Assembly: GCA_035291665.1 (NCBI GenBank)
Contig: DATDRP010000006.1
Coordinates: 209,255-273,254 of the forward strand
Source of the DNA: Patescibacteria group bacterium
Lineage (GTDB): Bacteria; Patescibacteriota; Microgenomatia; UBA8517
DNA length: 64,000 nucleotides
Direction: 5' to 3'
Below, piece by piece: positions 46,487-56,859 of the stretch. How positions within the stretch are numbered: the stretch's first letter is position 1; the number at the start of each line of letters is the position of its first letter. A program made the translations under genes and the position numbers. The notes under the pieces were generated by a model. The model was not told the origin of the DNA. It was given only the letters and a program-made list of their open reading frames with translations, and made no database searches.

Positions 46487-48721
46487 TTAGCTTTCTAATC
46501 TTGTATTTTTTAATGTAAGTGCATTTGCAACAACTATAAGAGACGATGTGCTCATAAGAAGAGCACCCCATTCAGGCCGAAGCAAGACGCCGTATGGATA
46601 CAAAACTCCTGCAGCAAGGGGAATTGCAATAATGTTATATCCTGCAGCCCATGCAAGATTCTGTTTCATCTTTCTGTCAGTCTTGCGGCTTAAAGTTATT
46701 GCCTTAACAATATCCTGAGGATTACTTTTTACTAATACAATTTCCGCTGATTCTATCGCAACGGAAGTTCCTGCTCCTATTGCAATTCCGATGTGAGCCT
46801 GGGTTAATGCCGGGGCATCATTTACACCATCTCCGACCATTCCGACAATATATCCTTTATCCTGAAGCTCTTTTACTTTATTGGTTTTTTGGTCAGGTAA
46901 AACTTCTGAGAATACTTTATCTATTCCAAGATTTTTACCAACCATATCAGCGACTTCTTTTTTATCTCCGGTTAACATCGCGACCCGTATTCCCATTTTA
47001 TGAAATGAATCGATAGCATTTTTGGATTCCTTTCTAATTTTGTCTTCTAAAATTATTGCGCCGATTATTTTGTTTTCATTAGACACATAAACAACCGTTC
47101 CGACTAAATCAGTGGGGAGCGTGATTTTTTCGATGTTGATATTTTTATCTTTCATCATCATCCTGTTTCCTACATATACTTTTTCTCCACTAACAATCCC
47201 TTCAGCTCCTTTTCCCGGAAACGACTTAAATTCAGTTGCAGGACTTACATCAACACCATTTTCTTTTGCATAGTTAACTACTCCTTGGGCAATTGAATGT
47301 TGGGAATGCAGTTCGACAGCGGACGCAAGTTTAAGAAGTTGTTTTTCATCCAGACCGGTAGTAATTATTTTTGAAACACCATATTTCCCTTCGGTTAAGG
47401 TACCGGTTTTATCTAACACCAAATACTGAAGTTTTCTGGCAATTTCCAAACCTTTCATATCCCGAATTAAAATCCCGTTTTTAGCAGCCAAAGAAGATGT
47501 AATAGTGGTGACAGTAGGAATGGCTAACCCTAAAGCATGTGGACAAGCAATAACGACAACAGTTATCGCTAGTGTTGCAGCAAAAACTACGCCTTGGGGA
47601 CTTACAAATATCCAATAAATAAACGTTCCCGTTCCAACCGTAATTGCGGTTAAGGTCAACACGTTTGCTGCTTTATCCGCCAGTTCCTGAACTTTGGGTT
47701 TTGTATTTTGCGCTTGTCGTATTAAATCCATAATTTGCGCAATAGCTGATTCGGCTCCGGTTTTGGTAATCCTAACTGTTAACGAACCATCGTTGTTAAT
47801 TGAACCACCTATAACATCGCTATTTGCCTCTTTGGTGATTGGTCGTGATTCGCCGGTTATCATTGATTCATCGACCGAGGATATCCCATCAGTTACGATA
47901 CCGTCTGCAGGGATCCGTTCACCCGGCTTTACTAGAATGACATCGCCTTTCTGAAGCTCGTTTGTGGGAACATCTTTTATTTCCTGTTTACCCTTCGTAG
48001 CTTCAGCGTAGTCGGGTTTTTCTCCAATAGTCAGTAAATGTGCAGTGTCGGGAATAAGTTTTGCCAACTCCCGAAGGGCACCACCTGTTCCGATTACCGC
48101 TCTCATTTCCATCCAATGACCGAAAAGAAATGCTAATGCCAATGTTGAAATTTCCCACCACAAAGACTCACCTGTAAAAAAGAAAGTAGCAGCAGTACTG
48201 AATAGATATCCAGCTGATAATGCAAGAGAAACCAAAGACATCATTCCGAAATTGCTGGTTATAATTTCGCTTTTTGCAGCAGAAAAGAATGGTTTACCGC
48301 CATATACCACAATTAGAGTTCCTAAAAGAAATAGCAATATTTCGTGCCCAAGAAAGACCAAAGTAAATCCCAACCATTCCTGAATCTGCATCGAAAGTAG
48401 AAGAACAAAAATCGTTAGAGGTAAAACTACAAAAAATCTTTTTCTAAAATCATCAGCCATCATTCTGTGGTGCTCCATAGGATCCCCTCCGTCGTTATGT
48501 TTATGGTTTTGGCGGGCAGGCATTCCTTCATGATGTCCCTGATGTGAAGAGAACCTTTCCGTTTCCGCTTTTTTTGCATTATGTCCATCATGAGCCATAT
48601 CCACTCCATGATTTTCCTGTTTTGAATCTTTAACTTCTTGGAGATCCATCCCGCACTTCGGGCATTTTCCAGGTTTGTCACTAGTAACCTCGCTGTGCAT
48701 TGGGCAAGTAAATGTTTTCAT
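46487..48721 (-). CDS. copB: P1B-3 (CopB-type) copper-transporting P-type ATPase
   Basis: DKTGTLTEG phosphorylation site, GDGVNDAPAL, membrane CPH motif (VVIACPHALG). N-terminal CPMHSEV...PGKCPKCGM metal-binding motif plus His-rich stretch. Confidence 0.8.
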   Translation of the reverse strand: MKTFTCPMHSEVTSDKPGKCPKCGMDLQEVKDSKQENHGVDMAHDGHNAKKAETERFSSHQGHHEGMPARQNHKHNDGGDPMEHHRMMADDFRKRFFVVLPLTIFVLLLSMQIQEWLGFTLVFLGHEILLFLLGTLIVVYGGKPFFSAAKSEIITSNFGMMSLVSLALSAGYLFSTAATFFFTGESLWWEISTLALAFLFGHWMEMRAVIGTGGALRELAKLIPDTAHLLTIGEKPDYAEATKGKQEIKDVPTNELQKGDVILVKPGERIPADGIVTDGISSVDESMITGESRPITKEANSDVIGGSINNDGSLTVRITKTGAESAIAQIMDLIRQAQNTKPKVQELADKAANVLTLTAITVGTGTFIYWIFVSPQGVVFAATLAITVVVIACPHALGLAIPTVTTITSSLAAKNGILIRDMKGLEIARKLQYLVLDKTGTLTEGKYGVSKIITTGLDEKQLLKLASAVELHSQHSIAQGVVNYAKENGVDVSPATEFKSFPGKGAEGIVSGEKVYVGNRMMMKDKNINIEKITLPTDLVGTVVYVSNENKIIGAIILEDKIRKESKNAIDSFHKMGIRVAMLTGDKKEVADMVGKNLGIDKVFSEVLPDQKTNKVKELQDKGYIVGMVGDGVNDAPALTQAHIGIAIGAGTSVAIESAEIVLVKSNPQDIVKAITLSRKTDRKMKQNLAWAAGYNIIAIPLAAGVLYPYGVLLRPEWGALLMSTSSLIVVANALTLKNTRLES

Positions 48722-49221
48722 TTTTCTTTTGAAGTTTTAAAGTGTTCGTCAACCCCTTTGATCATTTGTTTTACACACCACTTTGCATAAATACTACCGA
48801 GTAATAGCCCCAGTAATTTAGTAAAGAATGGTTTTGGTAAATTGTAATCAATGTAAACCTTCAATAGTGAATTTTCTTTTTCTGGTTTAATTTCAAAACC
48901 TAATTTATAGTGGTCAACAACAAGAAGGTTGATATTTCCAACGGTTTTCCATTCTTTGTGGTTGGGAGGGGAGTACTTCGTAATCGCTTCATCTAAAAAT
49001 AAGTTAAATCCAAAGACTTTTCCATGTAACTTAATATGCGAACCTAGCTTTTGTCCTTTGCCTTCATCCATTTCAGTTTCCATACTTCCGCCACCCATCA
49101 TCCAGGACGACTTATTCATGTGTGCGGAAAAATTTTTATGATTGTCAGCAAAGTTAAAGATTTCGTCAGGTGTTGCAGACACCAATACGGATTCTTCGTA
49201 ATGTTTACCAAAATCGGTCAT
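48718..49221 (-). CDS. hypothetical protein (possibly SRPBCC-like), start of the copB operon
   Basis: ORF overlapping the copB start by 4 nt. Confidence 0.4.
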   Translation of the reverse strand: MTDFGKHYEESVLVSATPDEIFNFADNHKNFSAHMNKSSWMMGGGSMETEMDEGKGQKLGSHIKLHGKVFGFNLFLDEAITKYSPPNHKEWKTVGNINLLVVDHYKLGFEIKPEKENSLLKVYIDYNLPKPFFTKLLGLLLGSIYAKWCVKQMIKGVDEHFKTSKEK

Positions 49222-49338
49222 GTGCTTTAATGATACATTAATAGTAACTTTCTAAGCATGAACTTTCTGTGAAGATTTAATCCTTTGAGCAACATTCCAT
49301 TTCAGACGTAATATTGTACTTATTTGACCATTAAGGAT

Positions 49339-50742
49339 TTATGAAGAAATTTTTGCCAAGGGTAATTTGACAGATACAGAGGTGCCATTCCCAGGCTTGC
49401 TATTGACAACAATCTTACCTTGATGCGCATTTACTAGCGCTTGCGCGATTGATAAACCCAAGCCTGATCCCAAAGTTTTCTCAGTACCGGTTCCCCTGTA
49501 AAAACGATTAAACACATTCGGTAAATCTTTTTTTGATATTCCTATTCCGGTATCTTTAACGGAAAAAATTGCTGATCCACCTTCTTTTCTAAGTAAAAGC
49601 GTAATTGTTCCGTTGGCTGGAGTAAATTTCACAGCATTGTCTATAATATTCAGGAAGGCTCTCATTAATTTGTCTTCCTGACCTAAAACCTCGATATTAT
49701 TTTCAATATTAGATACAATTTTTAGATTTTTAGTAAGGGTTAGTTTCTCTAATATTTCCTTAAGTTCTTTGGACATTCCTGATAAATCTACTTTTTCGGC
49801 TTTACCTCTCGCATTGTCTGATCTGGTCCATGCAAGATCTAGAATGTTTTTAAGCGTAGACGAAATATTATTTATATCGACAAGAGAATCTGTTAATGCC
49901 GACTTGTATTCAGTACTTGTTCTTTTTTTGGAAAGTGTGATTTCAACCCCGCTTCTAAGAGTAGCTAGAGGGGTTTTGAGCTCATGGGCAAGGTCTCCTA
50001 TAAACATGCGTTCCCGTTCAAAAGCTTCACTGATTCTACCAAGCATGGTATTAAATGTTTCAGCCAATTCTTCTATTTCGTCCCCGGTGTTGGGTTTTTT
50101 AACTCTCTCGGTTAAGTTTTCAGAACTAACTCTTTTTAATTTATCTGTTATTTCTCTCAGAGGACTTATTGCCCCCTTTGCAAGTAAATAGCCTCCAATA
50201 ATTGTGGGAATTACAAGTACGACATATATAATTCCTAAAGTTACCAAAAGACTTTGTAAGGACTTCTGGACTATTTCAATAGGATGAGCCATTAAAACGA
50301 CTCCCAGTAAAGTTCCATTTTTAATAACAGGAGTTGCTCGAAAACGAAGAGGTAATTCACCGACAGTTTTATCTATAAAAAACGGTTCCTTTGTGTTTAA
50401 TACCTTTTGAAACATTTCTTCTGTTATATTTCCTGGGAGATCAGTTTTAAGTGAGCTGGAGATAGTATTGCCGTCGTTATTCAAAACTACTACAAGCATT
50501 CCGGGTATCCCGCTGAATTCTTGTAAGAATGATTGCCTGGCAATTTCTTGATACATGCAACATTCTTGGCGAGTCAAAACTTCAACTACTTTTTCAGAAT
50601 GGGATGTTAAAGCACTGTCAGTATTTATATAAAGAACATATTTTGTCAGGATAAAAAATCCAATTGCAAGAAGTGCGGAGAAGATAACAAATGCGGAAAC
50701 ATACCAAAATGTCAACCTAAACTTAATGCTTTTAATATTCAT
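49339..50742 (-). CDS. sensor histidine kinase (CopS/CusS-like)
   Basis: Two TMs with a periplasmic domain, HAMP, H-box DLAHELKTPL, HATPase GSGLGLSIAQ. Confidence 0.8.
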   Translation of the reverse strand: MNIKSIKFRLTFWYVSAFVIFSALLAIGFFILTKYVLYINTDSALTSHSEKVVEVLTRQECCMYQEIARQSFLQEFSGIPGMLVVVLNNDGNTISSSLKTDLPGNITEEMFQKVLNTKEPFFIDKTVGELPLRFRATPVIKNGTLLGVVLMAHPIEIVQKSLQSLLVTLGIIYVVLVIPTIIGGYLLAKGAISPLREITDKLKRVSSENLTERVKKPNTGDEIEELAETFNTMLGRISEAFERERMFIGDLAHELKTPLATLRSGVEITLSKKRTSTEYKSALTDSLVDINNISSTLKNILDLAWTRSDNARGKAEKVDLSGMSKELKEILEKLTLTKNLKIVSNIENNIEVLGQEDKLMRAFLNIIDNAVKFTPANGTITLLLRKEGGSAIFSVKDTGIGISKKDLPNVFNRFYRGTGTEKTLGSGLGLSIAQALVNAHQGKIVVNSKPGNGTSVSVKLPLAKISS

Positions 50743-51413
50743 ATATCTTCTGTTAGACGATAACCCACACCGTGTAAAGTATGAATTAGTTTTTTATCCG
50801 ACGCTTTATCAATTTTTCGCCGGAGTGATGCTACAAAAACATCTACAATATTACTCATACTGTCAAAATTATAATCCCATGCATGTTCCGTAATCATTGT
50901 ACGGGTAACAACTTCGTCTTTATGTCGTAACAGAAGTTCAAGAATAGAAAACTCCTTAGGAGTAAGAGTAATATTTTTATCATTTCTGGTGACTGTATGT
51001 TTTATCGGATCCACTATTAAATCATCAACTTTTAAAATAGGCGAGGATTCTTGCTTACTTCGTCTGATTAAAGCTTGTATCCTGGACCTAAGTTCTAAGA
51101 ATGAGAAAGGTTTGGTCATGTAATCATCAGCTCCACTATCAAGTCCTGCTACCTTATCTTCAATTGTTGTTTTGGCTGTTAACATTAAAACTGGAGTTTT
51201 TATATTTTTCTCACGGAGCGATCTGCAAAGAGTGAGCCCGTCAATTTTAGGAAGCATAATATCAAGGATAATGAGGTCATACTCTTCAGACTCGGCTAAA
51301 TATTGACCTTCTTCACCATCGTATGCAACATCAACGGCATAACCTTCCTCAAGCAGACCTTTTTTTATGACATTAGATAATCTGAGTTCATCTTCAACCA
51401 ACAAAATTCTCAT
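50739..51413 (-). CDS. OmpR-family response regulator (CopR/CusR-like)
   Basis: MRILLVEDE...DLIILDIMLP receiver plus winged-helix HGVGYRL. Overlaps the kinase start. Confidence 0.85.
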   Translation of the reverse strand: MRILLVEDELRLSNVIKKGLLEEGYAVDVAYDGEEGQYLAESEEYDLIILDIMLPKIDGLTLCRSLREKNIKTPVLMLTAKTTIEDKVAGLDSGADDYMTKPFSFLELRSRIQALIRRSKQESSPILKVDDLIVDPIKHTVTRNDKNITLTPKEFSILELLLRHKDEVVTRTMITEHAWDYNFDSMSNIVDVFVASLRRKIDKASDKKLIHTLHGVGYRLTEDI

Positions 51414-51504
51414 GGTTCGACTCCTCTCACCATGATCTCTTCGAGCCTGAACCTCAGAGCCGATGACTTGAGTGCGATCGAATGGATCATATACCCGTAT
51501 TATA

Positions 51505-51535
51505 TTATAAATTTATGAAGAATTTGTGAAGTTTT
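51505..51535. promoter_or_regulatory. direct TGAAG repeats (ATGAAGAATTTGTGAAG), candidate response-regulator box upstream of the RR-HK genes
   Basis: Two TGAAG half-sites at 10-11 nt spacing between copA and the response regulator gene. Confidence 0.3.
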
Positions 51536-51547
51536 ACCTTATTCTAT

Positions 51548-54500
51548 TTATTTTGCAGATTTTTTGTATTCAATCCCGGTTATGCTTTTAAAAGTTTTTT
51601 TGTCAGTAATGTGATAATTATCCAGTTCGGTATTTGTCATTTCTAATATTCCTGCTATGCGAACTCTAGGCAATCCAAAAATACCGTATATTTCGTCACC
51701 CACATTTTTGAATAATTTGGCTCTTTTCATCATTTCTGCCTCTTCTGACCCTAAGATAATATCTCCCGTTCTTTGAGGGTATGATCCTTGGGCGATTTTT
51801 AAGGCACCTATGTCTTCTACTTCAAGAAAAACTTTAGTTTCACCGTCTTTAATTACTAATTTTGTATTTCCTTTTTGGAGTAACTTTTCAGCTGATACTG
51901 TCATTTTTGTTGTGCCTTCAGTCTGCATATTTTTCTCTCCGCCTGCCATACTTGAACTGACATTAGCGAATTGTATAAACATAAAGGTAAACGCAATTGC
52001 CATAAAAGCTGGTGCAAATGTTGATACATAATCCTTCTTTCCGGGAGTAAATCTTCGTAAAATTAGTGAATTTCCCACTACAGAAATGGAACTTAATGCC
52101 ATTGCAAGACCTGCGAGTTCGGGTTTTAAAACAAGTCCGGCAAAGCTGAAAACTCTAGCAGCAATAGGAATGCCAATGACATTATAAAAAAGTGCAAAGA
52201 ACATATTCTGTTTTATCTTTTGCATAGTTGAGCGGGAAAGTTCGATTGAGGAAACAACATCTCTAAGGTCGTTTTTGATAATAACAATTCCGCCGGTTTC
52301 CATAGCTACATCCGTACCCGAACCCATAGCTATACCAAGATCCGCTTGGGCGAGAGCCGGCGCATCGTTTATTCCATCCCCGACCATCGCCACTTTTTTG
52401 CCGGTATCTTGTAATTTTTTGACTTCATTGGCTTTATCTTCAGGTAACACCTCTGCTAAAACATTAGTAATTCCAACCTGTGAAGCAATCGCTCTTGCCG
52501 TTCTCTCATTATCTCCGGTAATCATATAAACAGTAATTCTTCGCTTTGCGAGCATTTCAATTGCCTCTTTTGAGGTTTCTTTTACCGTATCGGCAACAGC
52601 AATGAGGCCTAACACTTTCTTTTTTGTTGACAATACCATCACGGTTTTACCCTGGTTTTCTAAAGAATCTATAGTGTATCCATGTTCCGAGAGCGACAGC
52701 CCTAATGTTTCGCTTGCAAGTTTTGGTTTACCAAAATAATAAATCTCTTTACCAATGAATCCTTGTACACCAAATCCCGGGATTGCCATAAACCCTTCGA
52801 CTTCGCTTAAAGCAAGGCCTTTTTCCTGGGCATTTGAATATATTGCCTCAGCAAGGGGGTGCTCTGATTGTTTTTCCAGCGAGGCGGCAATTTCTAATAT
52901 ATTCGCTTGCCCAATAATGTCAGTCACTTCAGGTTTTCCTTTTGTTATTGTTCCCGTCTTATCAAAGATAATAGTATCGATTTTGCACGCCTTCTCCAAC
53001 GGTTCTCCACCTTTAACCAATATGCCATGTTCAGCACCTTTACCTGTGCCAACCATAATTGCTGTAGGTGTTGCAAGCCCTAACGCACACGGGCATGCAA
53101 TTACTATAACTGCGGTAAATGCCATTAGAGCAAAAGACAGAGTTGCTCCCAGAACGAAATACCAAATAACAAAAGTTGAAAATGCAATCAATATTACAGC
53201 AGGTACAAAAAACGCAGAAATTTTATCTGCAATTGCTTGGATAGGAGCCTTTGATCCCTGTGCATCTTCAACAAGTTTAATAATTTGGGAAAGAGTGGTT
53301 TCAGAACCGACCCTTGTTGCCATGAATTCAAAGCTTCCCGATTTGTTAATGGTAGAACCTATGACAAAGTCACCTTCATGTTTTTCGACGGGTAAGCTTT
53401 CACCTGTGATCATAGATTCGTCGAGTGCCGAACTGCCTCTTATTATCTCACCATCAACCGGAACCTTTTCTCCGGGACGAACCAATACTGTGTCTCCTTT
53501 AAGGACTTCTTCAAGGGGAATATCAAGTGTTTGGCCATTTCTTATAACCCTTGCTGTTTTTGCCTGTAAACACATTAGTTTTTTGATTGCTTCCGATGTA
53601 CGGCCTTTTGCTTTTGCCTCAAGCCATTTTCCCAAAATGACAAAGGTAATTAAAAATGCTGCGGTTTCGAAATAAAGTTCGGGAATTTTAGATCCGTTTA
53701 AGCCGATAAGTGAATTTTTGGCAAGATAATAAAGAATAAAATTAACTGCACTATAAAAATAAGCAACCGATGTGCCGATTGCTATAAGACTATCCATATT
53801 AAAAGTTCTCATCCTGAGGCCAGACATCATTCCTTTGTAAAAACCTGCTCCGATAATAAATTGAACTGGAGTTGCCAGAATAAATGAAATAATCCCGACA
53901 TAGGGGAGAAGCAGGGTTGCCCCCAGGAAATTCGGGAAAAAGTCAAAAAGCATAAAGTAAATCATCGGGAAACTTAAGACTAAGCTCCAGGTAAACCTCT
54001 TAAAGTAACCACCAATTTGAACTTGTTGTTTTTCTGCTTCTTCTTTTGTATTTGAGGGGTCTGAAACTATTGCCTTATAACCAGTTTTTTCTACTGCTTT
54101 GATGAGGTCCTCTTCTTTTGCAGTCGAAGAATTAAATGTTACTGTCGCTTTCTCTGCAGCAAAATTTACACGGGCTTCCGTTACTCCGGTCACCTTTTTT
54201 AACGACTTTTCAATTACACCTGCACAAGATGTACAATGCATGCCGAAAAGGGACAGAGCAATCTTTTTCTGAGATTCAGTTTTTTCAATAGAAGAAGTTG
54301 CTGGAACTTTTTCTTTTACTTCCGTAACAGGTTCGTTTTTCAATCCTAAGTTACCTTCGAATACAAATTCTCCTTTCTCATCTTTTTTGACCGATCCTTT
54401 GATACTAATACCAGTGGAAATGATGTTTTTAAGAAGCATACTGTCATATATAACTTGTCCAGCAACCTTACCATTACCGTTTTTTTCTTTGAGATTTTCA

Positions 54501-54715
54501 ACCTCACCTTTATACCCTGCGTTCGCGATTGCTTTTAGAATCAAGTCTCTATTTATTTCTTGGTCTGCAGTTAAAAAGCCATCACCAGTTTTATGATCGA
54601 CAGACACGGTATCAACGCCTGGAATATCAGAAATCTCATCTTTTATAAGCATCTCACAGCTTTTGCAGTGCATTCCGTTGACATTAAATTTGACTGTATT
54701 TTTTCCGTTTTTCAT
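51548..54715 (-). CDS. copA: P1B-1 (CopA-type) Cu(I)-transporting P-type ATPase with two N-terminal HMA domains and an extra C-terminal domain
   Basis: GMHCKSC and GMHCTSC HMA motifs, CPC (VIACPCALG), [19 protein letters not shown]. About 170 aa beyond the last TM have no ATPase counterpart. Confidence 0.85.
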   Translation of the reverse strand: MKNGKNTVKFNVNGMHCKSCEMLIKDEISDIPGVDTVSVDHKTGDGFLTADQEINRDLILKAIANAGYKGEVENLKEKNGNGKVAGQVIYDSMLLKNIISTGISIKGSVKKDEKGEFVFEGNLGLKNEPVTEVKEKVPATSSIEKTESQKKIALSLFGMHCTSCAGVIEKSLKKVTGVTEARVNFAAEKATVTFNSSTAKEEDLIKAVEKTGYKAIVSDPSNTKEEAEKQQVQIGGYFKRFTWSLVLSFPMIYFMLFDFFPNFLGATLLLPYVGIISFILATPVQFIIGAGFYKGMMSGLRMRTFNMDSLIAIGTSVAYFYSAVNFILYYLAKNSLIGLNGSKIPELYFETAAFLITFVILGKWLEAKAKGRTSEAIKKLMCLQAKTARVIRNGQTLDIPLEEVLKGDTVLVRPGEKVPVDGEIIRGSSALDESMITGESLPVEKHEGDFVIGSTINKSGSFEFMATRVGSETTLSQIIKLVEDAQGSKAPIQAIADKISAFFVPAVILIAFSTFVIWYFVLGATLSFALMAFTAVIVIACPCALGLATPTAIMVGTGKGAEHGILVKGGEPLEKACKIDTIIFDKTGTITKGKPEVTDIIGQANILEIAASLEKQSEHPLAEAIYSNAQEKGLALSEVEGFMAIPGFGVQGFIGKEIYYFGKPKLASETLGLSLSEHGYTIDSLENQGKTVMVLSTKKKVLGLIAVADTVKETSKEAIEMLAKRRITVYMITGDNERTARAIASQVGITNVLAEVLPEDKANEVKKLQDTGKKVAMVGDGINDAPALAQADLGIAMGSGTDVAMETGGIVIIKNDLRDVVSSIELSRSTMQKIKQNMFFALFYNVIGIPIAARVFSFAGLVLKPELAGLAMALSSISVVGNSLILRRFTPGKKDYVSTFAPAFMAIAFTFMFIQFANVSSSMAGGEKNMQTEGTTKMTVSAEKLLQKGNTKLVIKDGETKVFLEVEDIGALKIAQGSYPQRTGDIILGSEEAEMMKRAKLFKNVGDEIYGIFGLPRVRIAGILEMTNTELDNYHITDKKTFKSITGIEYKKSAK

Positions 54716-54846
54716 AGCAATTTCAAGGAAACCCCGATTCTATCGGGGAGGAATTGAACTTGATATATCATTCTCATTCAGATGTGAAACCACACTCACA
54801 AGAGCGTGGAGAATGTTATATAACTTTATATTCCATTCCCTCCAAA
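54716..54846 (-). promoter_or_regulatory. conserved promoter plus structured leader element, copy A, ending at the copA ATG
   Basis: On the minus strand: TTGGAG-N17-TATATAAC, then ACATTCTCC, hairpin, GGTTTCAC..GAGAATGATATATCAAGTTCAATTCCTCC, hairpin CCCCGATagaATCGGGG, GTTTCCTTGAAATTGCTATG. Confidence 0.55.
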
Positions 54847-55022
54847 GCTTTTTGGAATTCATCATTTGAAATATCTCTTGTCAAAACAACTTCGGTTTCG
54901 CCAGTTTCGAAATTAACATTAACCAAGGTAACTCCATTAATCGCACCGAACTTTCTTTCAATAAGTCTTTTACATGCTTGACAGTGAGTACCTTTGATTG
55001 TAATTTGAATTTTCTTTTCCAT
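54816..55022 (-). CDS. copZ: CopZ-like copper chaperone (single HMA domain)
   Basis: MEKKIQITIKGTHCQACKRL...: GTHCxxC motif. The start at 55022 directly follows the upstream stop. The longer ORF-track start at 55106 would overlap the upstream gene by 83 nt. Confidence 0.7.
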   Translation of the reverse strand: MEKKIQITIKGTHCQACKRLIERKFGAINGVTLVNVNFETGETEVVLTRDISNDEFQKALEGMEYKVI

Positions 55023-55023
55023 A

Positions 55024-56859
55024 TTAAATAACTGTAATAGTTCCCCTTGGAACTCCCATTGCACAAGTGATAGGGTACTTACCCGGTTTATCAGGGGTAA
55101 ATTCAAAGACTAGTGTTTTTCCCTTTTCCAAAAACTGCGGATTATCAGTTAGTTGAGGTATATAAATAGTACTCATGCAGCCGCTACCTTCATCTTTTAC
55201 ATCCACTTCCATGCGTACAGGCTTTCCGGCTTTAACGGTAAATTCAAAAGGAGAGATGTCCGTATCACTTTTATAGATGGTATTTAATATCTGGACGCCG
55301 TTTTCATTTTTGGCGAGGGTGGGTGTCACCCCCACACCAACTTTAGCCGCTTGTGCTTTTCCACCTCCGCAACCACAGCCCCCACTACCACTTCCGCAAC
55401 TACCATTTGCCACCGGTTGACCCACAGCGGGAGCTGTGTTTGCTGCTAGCACCTTATTGTCGTTATTGTTTACCTGACCATTAGAAGTGCCTTTTTCAAC
55501 AACCGCAAAACTTCCTGTGTACATTCCCATGCTGCAGGAGAAATTGATTGTTCCAACTTCTTTTGGAGTAAATTCGATTATATTTTCTCCAGGGTGCAGA
55601 CTTTGACGAACGTTTAGTTTCGATGAGACAATGCTCGAAGCACAGGTATTAGGATCCTTGGAGGTTATTATCCATTTTACAGGAACACCAACGGCAACAG
55701 TAAATTTATTCGGTGAATATCCTCTAGCCGTTTGGTCCATTCTCACAATCTGAACTCCGTCTTGTTCTTGAATTCCTGAATTTTTATCGGATGCAGCGTA
55801 TGCATTAATTCGAGTGCCTAAATCATTAAAAGGATTTGTTCCCAAAAGATTGAGGCCGTTATTCAGATTAAAGAAAGCCAATAGTGAAACTACTAATCCA
55901 GCAAATTTAAAAAACTTTTGAGCAAATACACCTTTGATAGCTGCAGTTAAACCTCCCACACTCAAAAGTCCAGGTGCGGTTCCCAAGGCAAAAATACCCA
56001 TAATTGCTGCTCCCTGAACAAAGCTACCAGTTGATACGGCATAAAGTTGCATTGCCTGGGTAAACCCGCATGGAAGGAAAAAAGTTGACCCGCCCATTAA
56101 AAATGCATTTTTATGACTATATTCCTTCTGTGTTTGTTCCTTAATTCCAAATAGTTTTGATATTCCTTTAGGCATTGAAAAACTAACATTCTGGAGTCTT
56201 GGGAAAAGGCCAGTAAGTTGTAATCCGAGTGTAAGCATTACGAGTGCAACGGCTGCAGTAACAAGTCCAAGACTTGTTCCGGAAAACTGAAAGAATGATC
56301 CCAAAAGTCCTATTGCGCCTCCGAGAATAGTGTAAGAAGTAATTCTTCCTAAGTTAAATAATAAATGGGGCTTAAATTTTTCAAAAGGGGTTGCGTTGGC
56401 ATTATTCTGTGAGAAACGAGCTGAAACTCCAAGTACAATTCCTCCGATTAATGCCATGCAAGTTGAAAATCCTGCGGTTAATCCAATAAGTGCAACCGTA
56501 AGTAAATTTGAAGGGTGACCGGGATTTACCGCAAAAAACTTTGACAATCCAAGTCCATCGACCAGAATAAAAAGAAAGAAAAGGACAATAGCTGCATAAA
56601 TTATGTCCATATAGTCTTCAACTTTGGCTGAGAATATGGGAGGTTTTTCTGCAAAACCCACTTGATAACCGGCATTTTGGACTGCTTTATCTATGTCTTC
56701 TACTTTCAATTCGGAGTTTGTATAACAAATTTCTGCACAGGCTTTTTTATGCGAAACGTCTACTTTTTTAACACCTTGGATGTTTTTTAATTCATCCTCT
56801 ATTAAGAGTTCACAGCTTCTGCAGTGCATTCCCTTTATTGGTACGATAGTTTTTTTCAT
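55024..56859 (-). CDS. fusion protein: N-terminal HMA domain, multi-TM Cys-containing permease-like core (DsbD/CcdA-like?), Cys-rich linker, two C-terminal Cys-Met beta-rich domains
   Basis: GMHCRSC. TM Cys in AGFSTCMALIGG and FFLPCGFTQ. Linker GSCGSGSGGCGCGGG. Repeats ...FSCSMGMYTGSF... and ...ITCAMGVPRGTI... Confidence 0.6.
   Translation of the reverse strand: MKKTIVPIKGMHCRSCELLIEDELKNIQGVKKVDVSHKKACAEICYTNSELKVEDIDKAVQNAGYQVGFAEKPPIFSAKVEDYMDIIYAAIVLFFLFILVDGLGLSKFFAVNPGHPSNLLTVALIGLTAGFSTCMALIGGIVLGVSARFSQNNANATPFEKFKPHLLFNLGRITSYTILGGAIGLLGSFFQFSGTSLGLVTAAVALVMLTLGLQLTGLFPRLQNVSFSMPKGISKLFGIKEQTQKEYSHKNAFLMGGSTFFLPCGFTQAMQLYAVSTGSFVQGAAIMGIFALGTAPGLLSVGGLTAAIKGVFAQKFFKFAGLVVSLLAFFNLNNGLNLLGTNPFNDLGTRINAYAASDKNSGIQEQDGVQIVRMDQTARGYSPNKFTVAVGVPVKWIITSKDPNTCASSIVSSKLNVRQSLHPGENIIEFTPKEVGTINFSCSMGMYTGSFAVVEKGTSNGQVNNNDNKVLAANTAPAVGQPVANGSCGSGSGGCGCGGGKAQAAKVGVGVTPTLAKNENGVQILNTIYKSDTDISPFEFTVKAGKPVRMEVDVKDEGSGCMSTIYIPQLTDNPQFLEKGKTLVFEFTPDKPGKYPITCAMGVPRGTITVI

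Noticed and set aside
49331-49355. Third occurrence of the TTTATGAAGAAAT 14-mer
   Set aside because: It lies inside the histidine-kinase coding sequence (encodes …LAKISS*). It is probably a chance match in AT-rich sequence, and it tempers the response-regulator-box interpretation of the other two.
52755-53675. 306-aa + strand ORF (and several others: 51810-52031, 52275-52529, 54387-54596) lying antisense inside the copA gene
   Set aside because: Entirely contained within a high-confidence P-type ATPase gene on the opposite strand. The products are low-complexity (Ala/Ser/Pro-rich), typical of antisense translation of a compositionally biased gene.
54745-54770. GGTTCAATTCC segment of the conserved leader resembling a tRNA T-loop
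   Set aside because: There is no acceptor, D or anticodon arm in either orientation. The similarity is limited to 11 nt.
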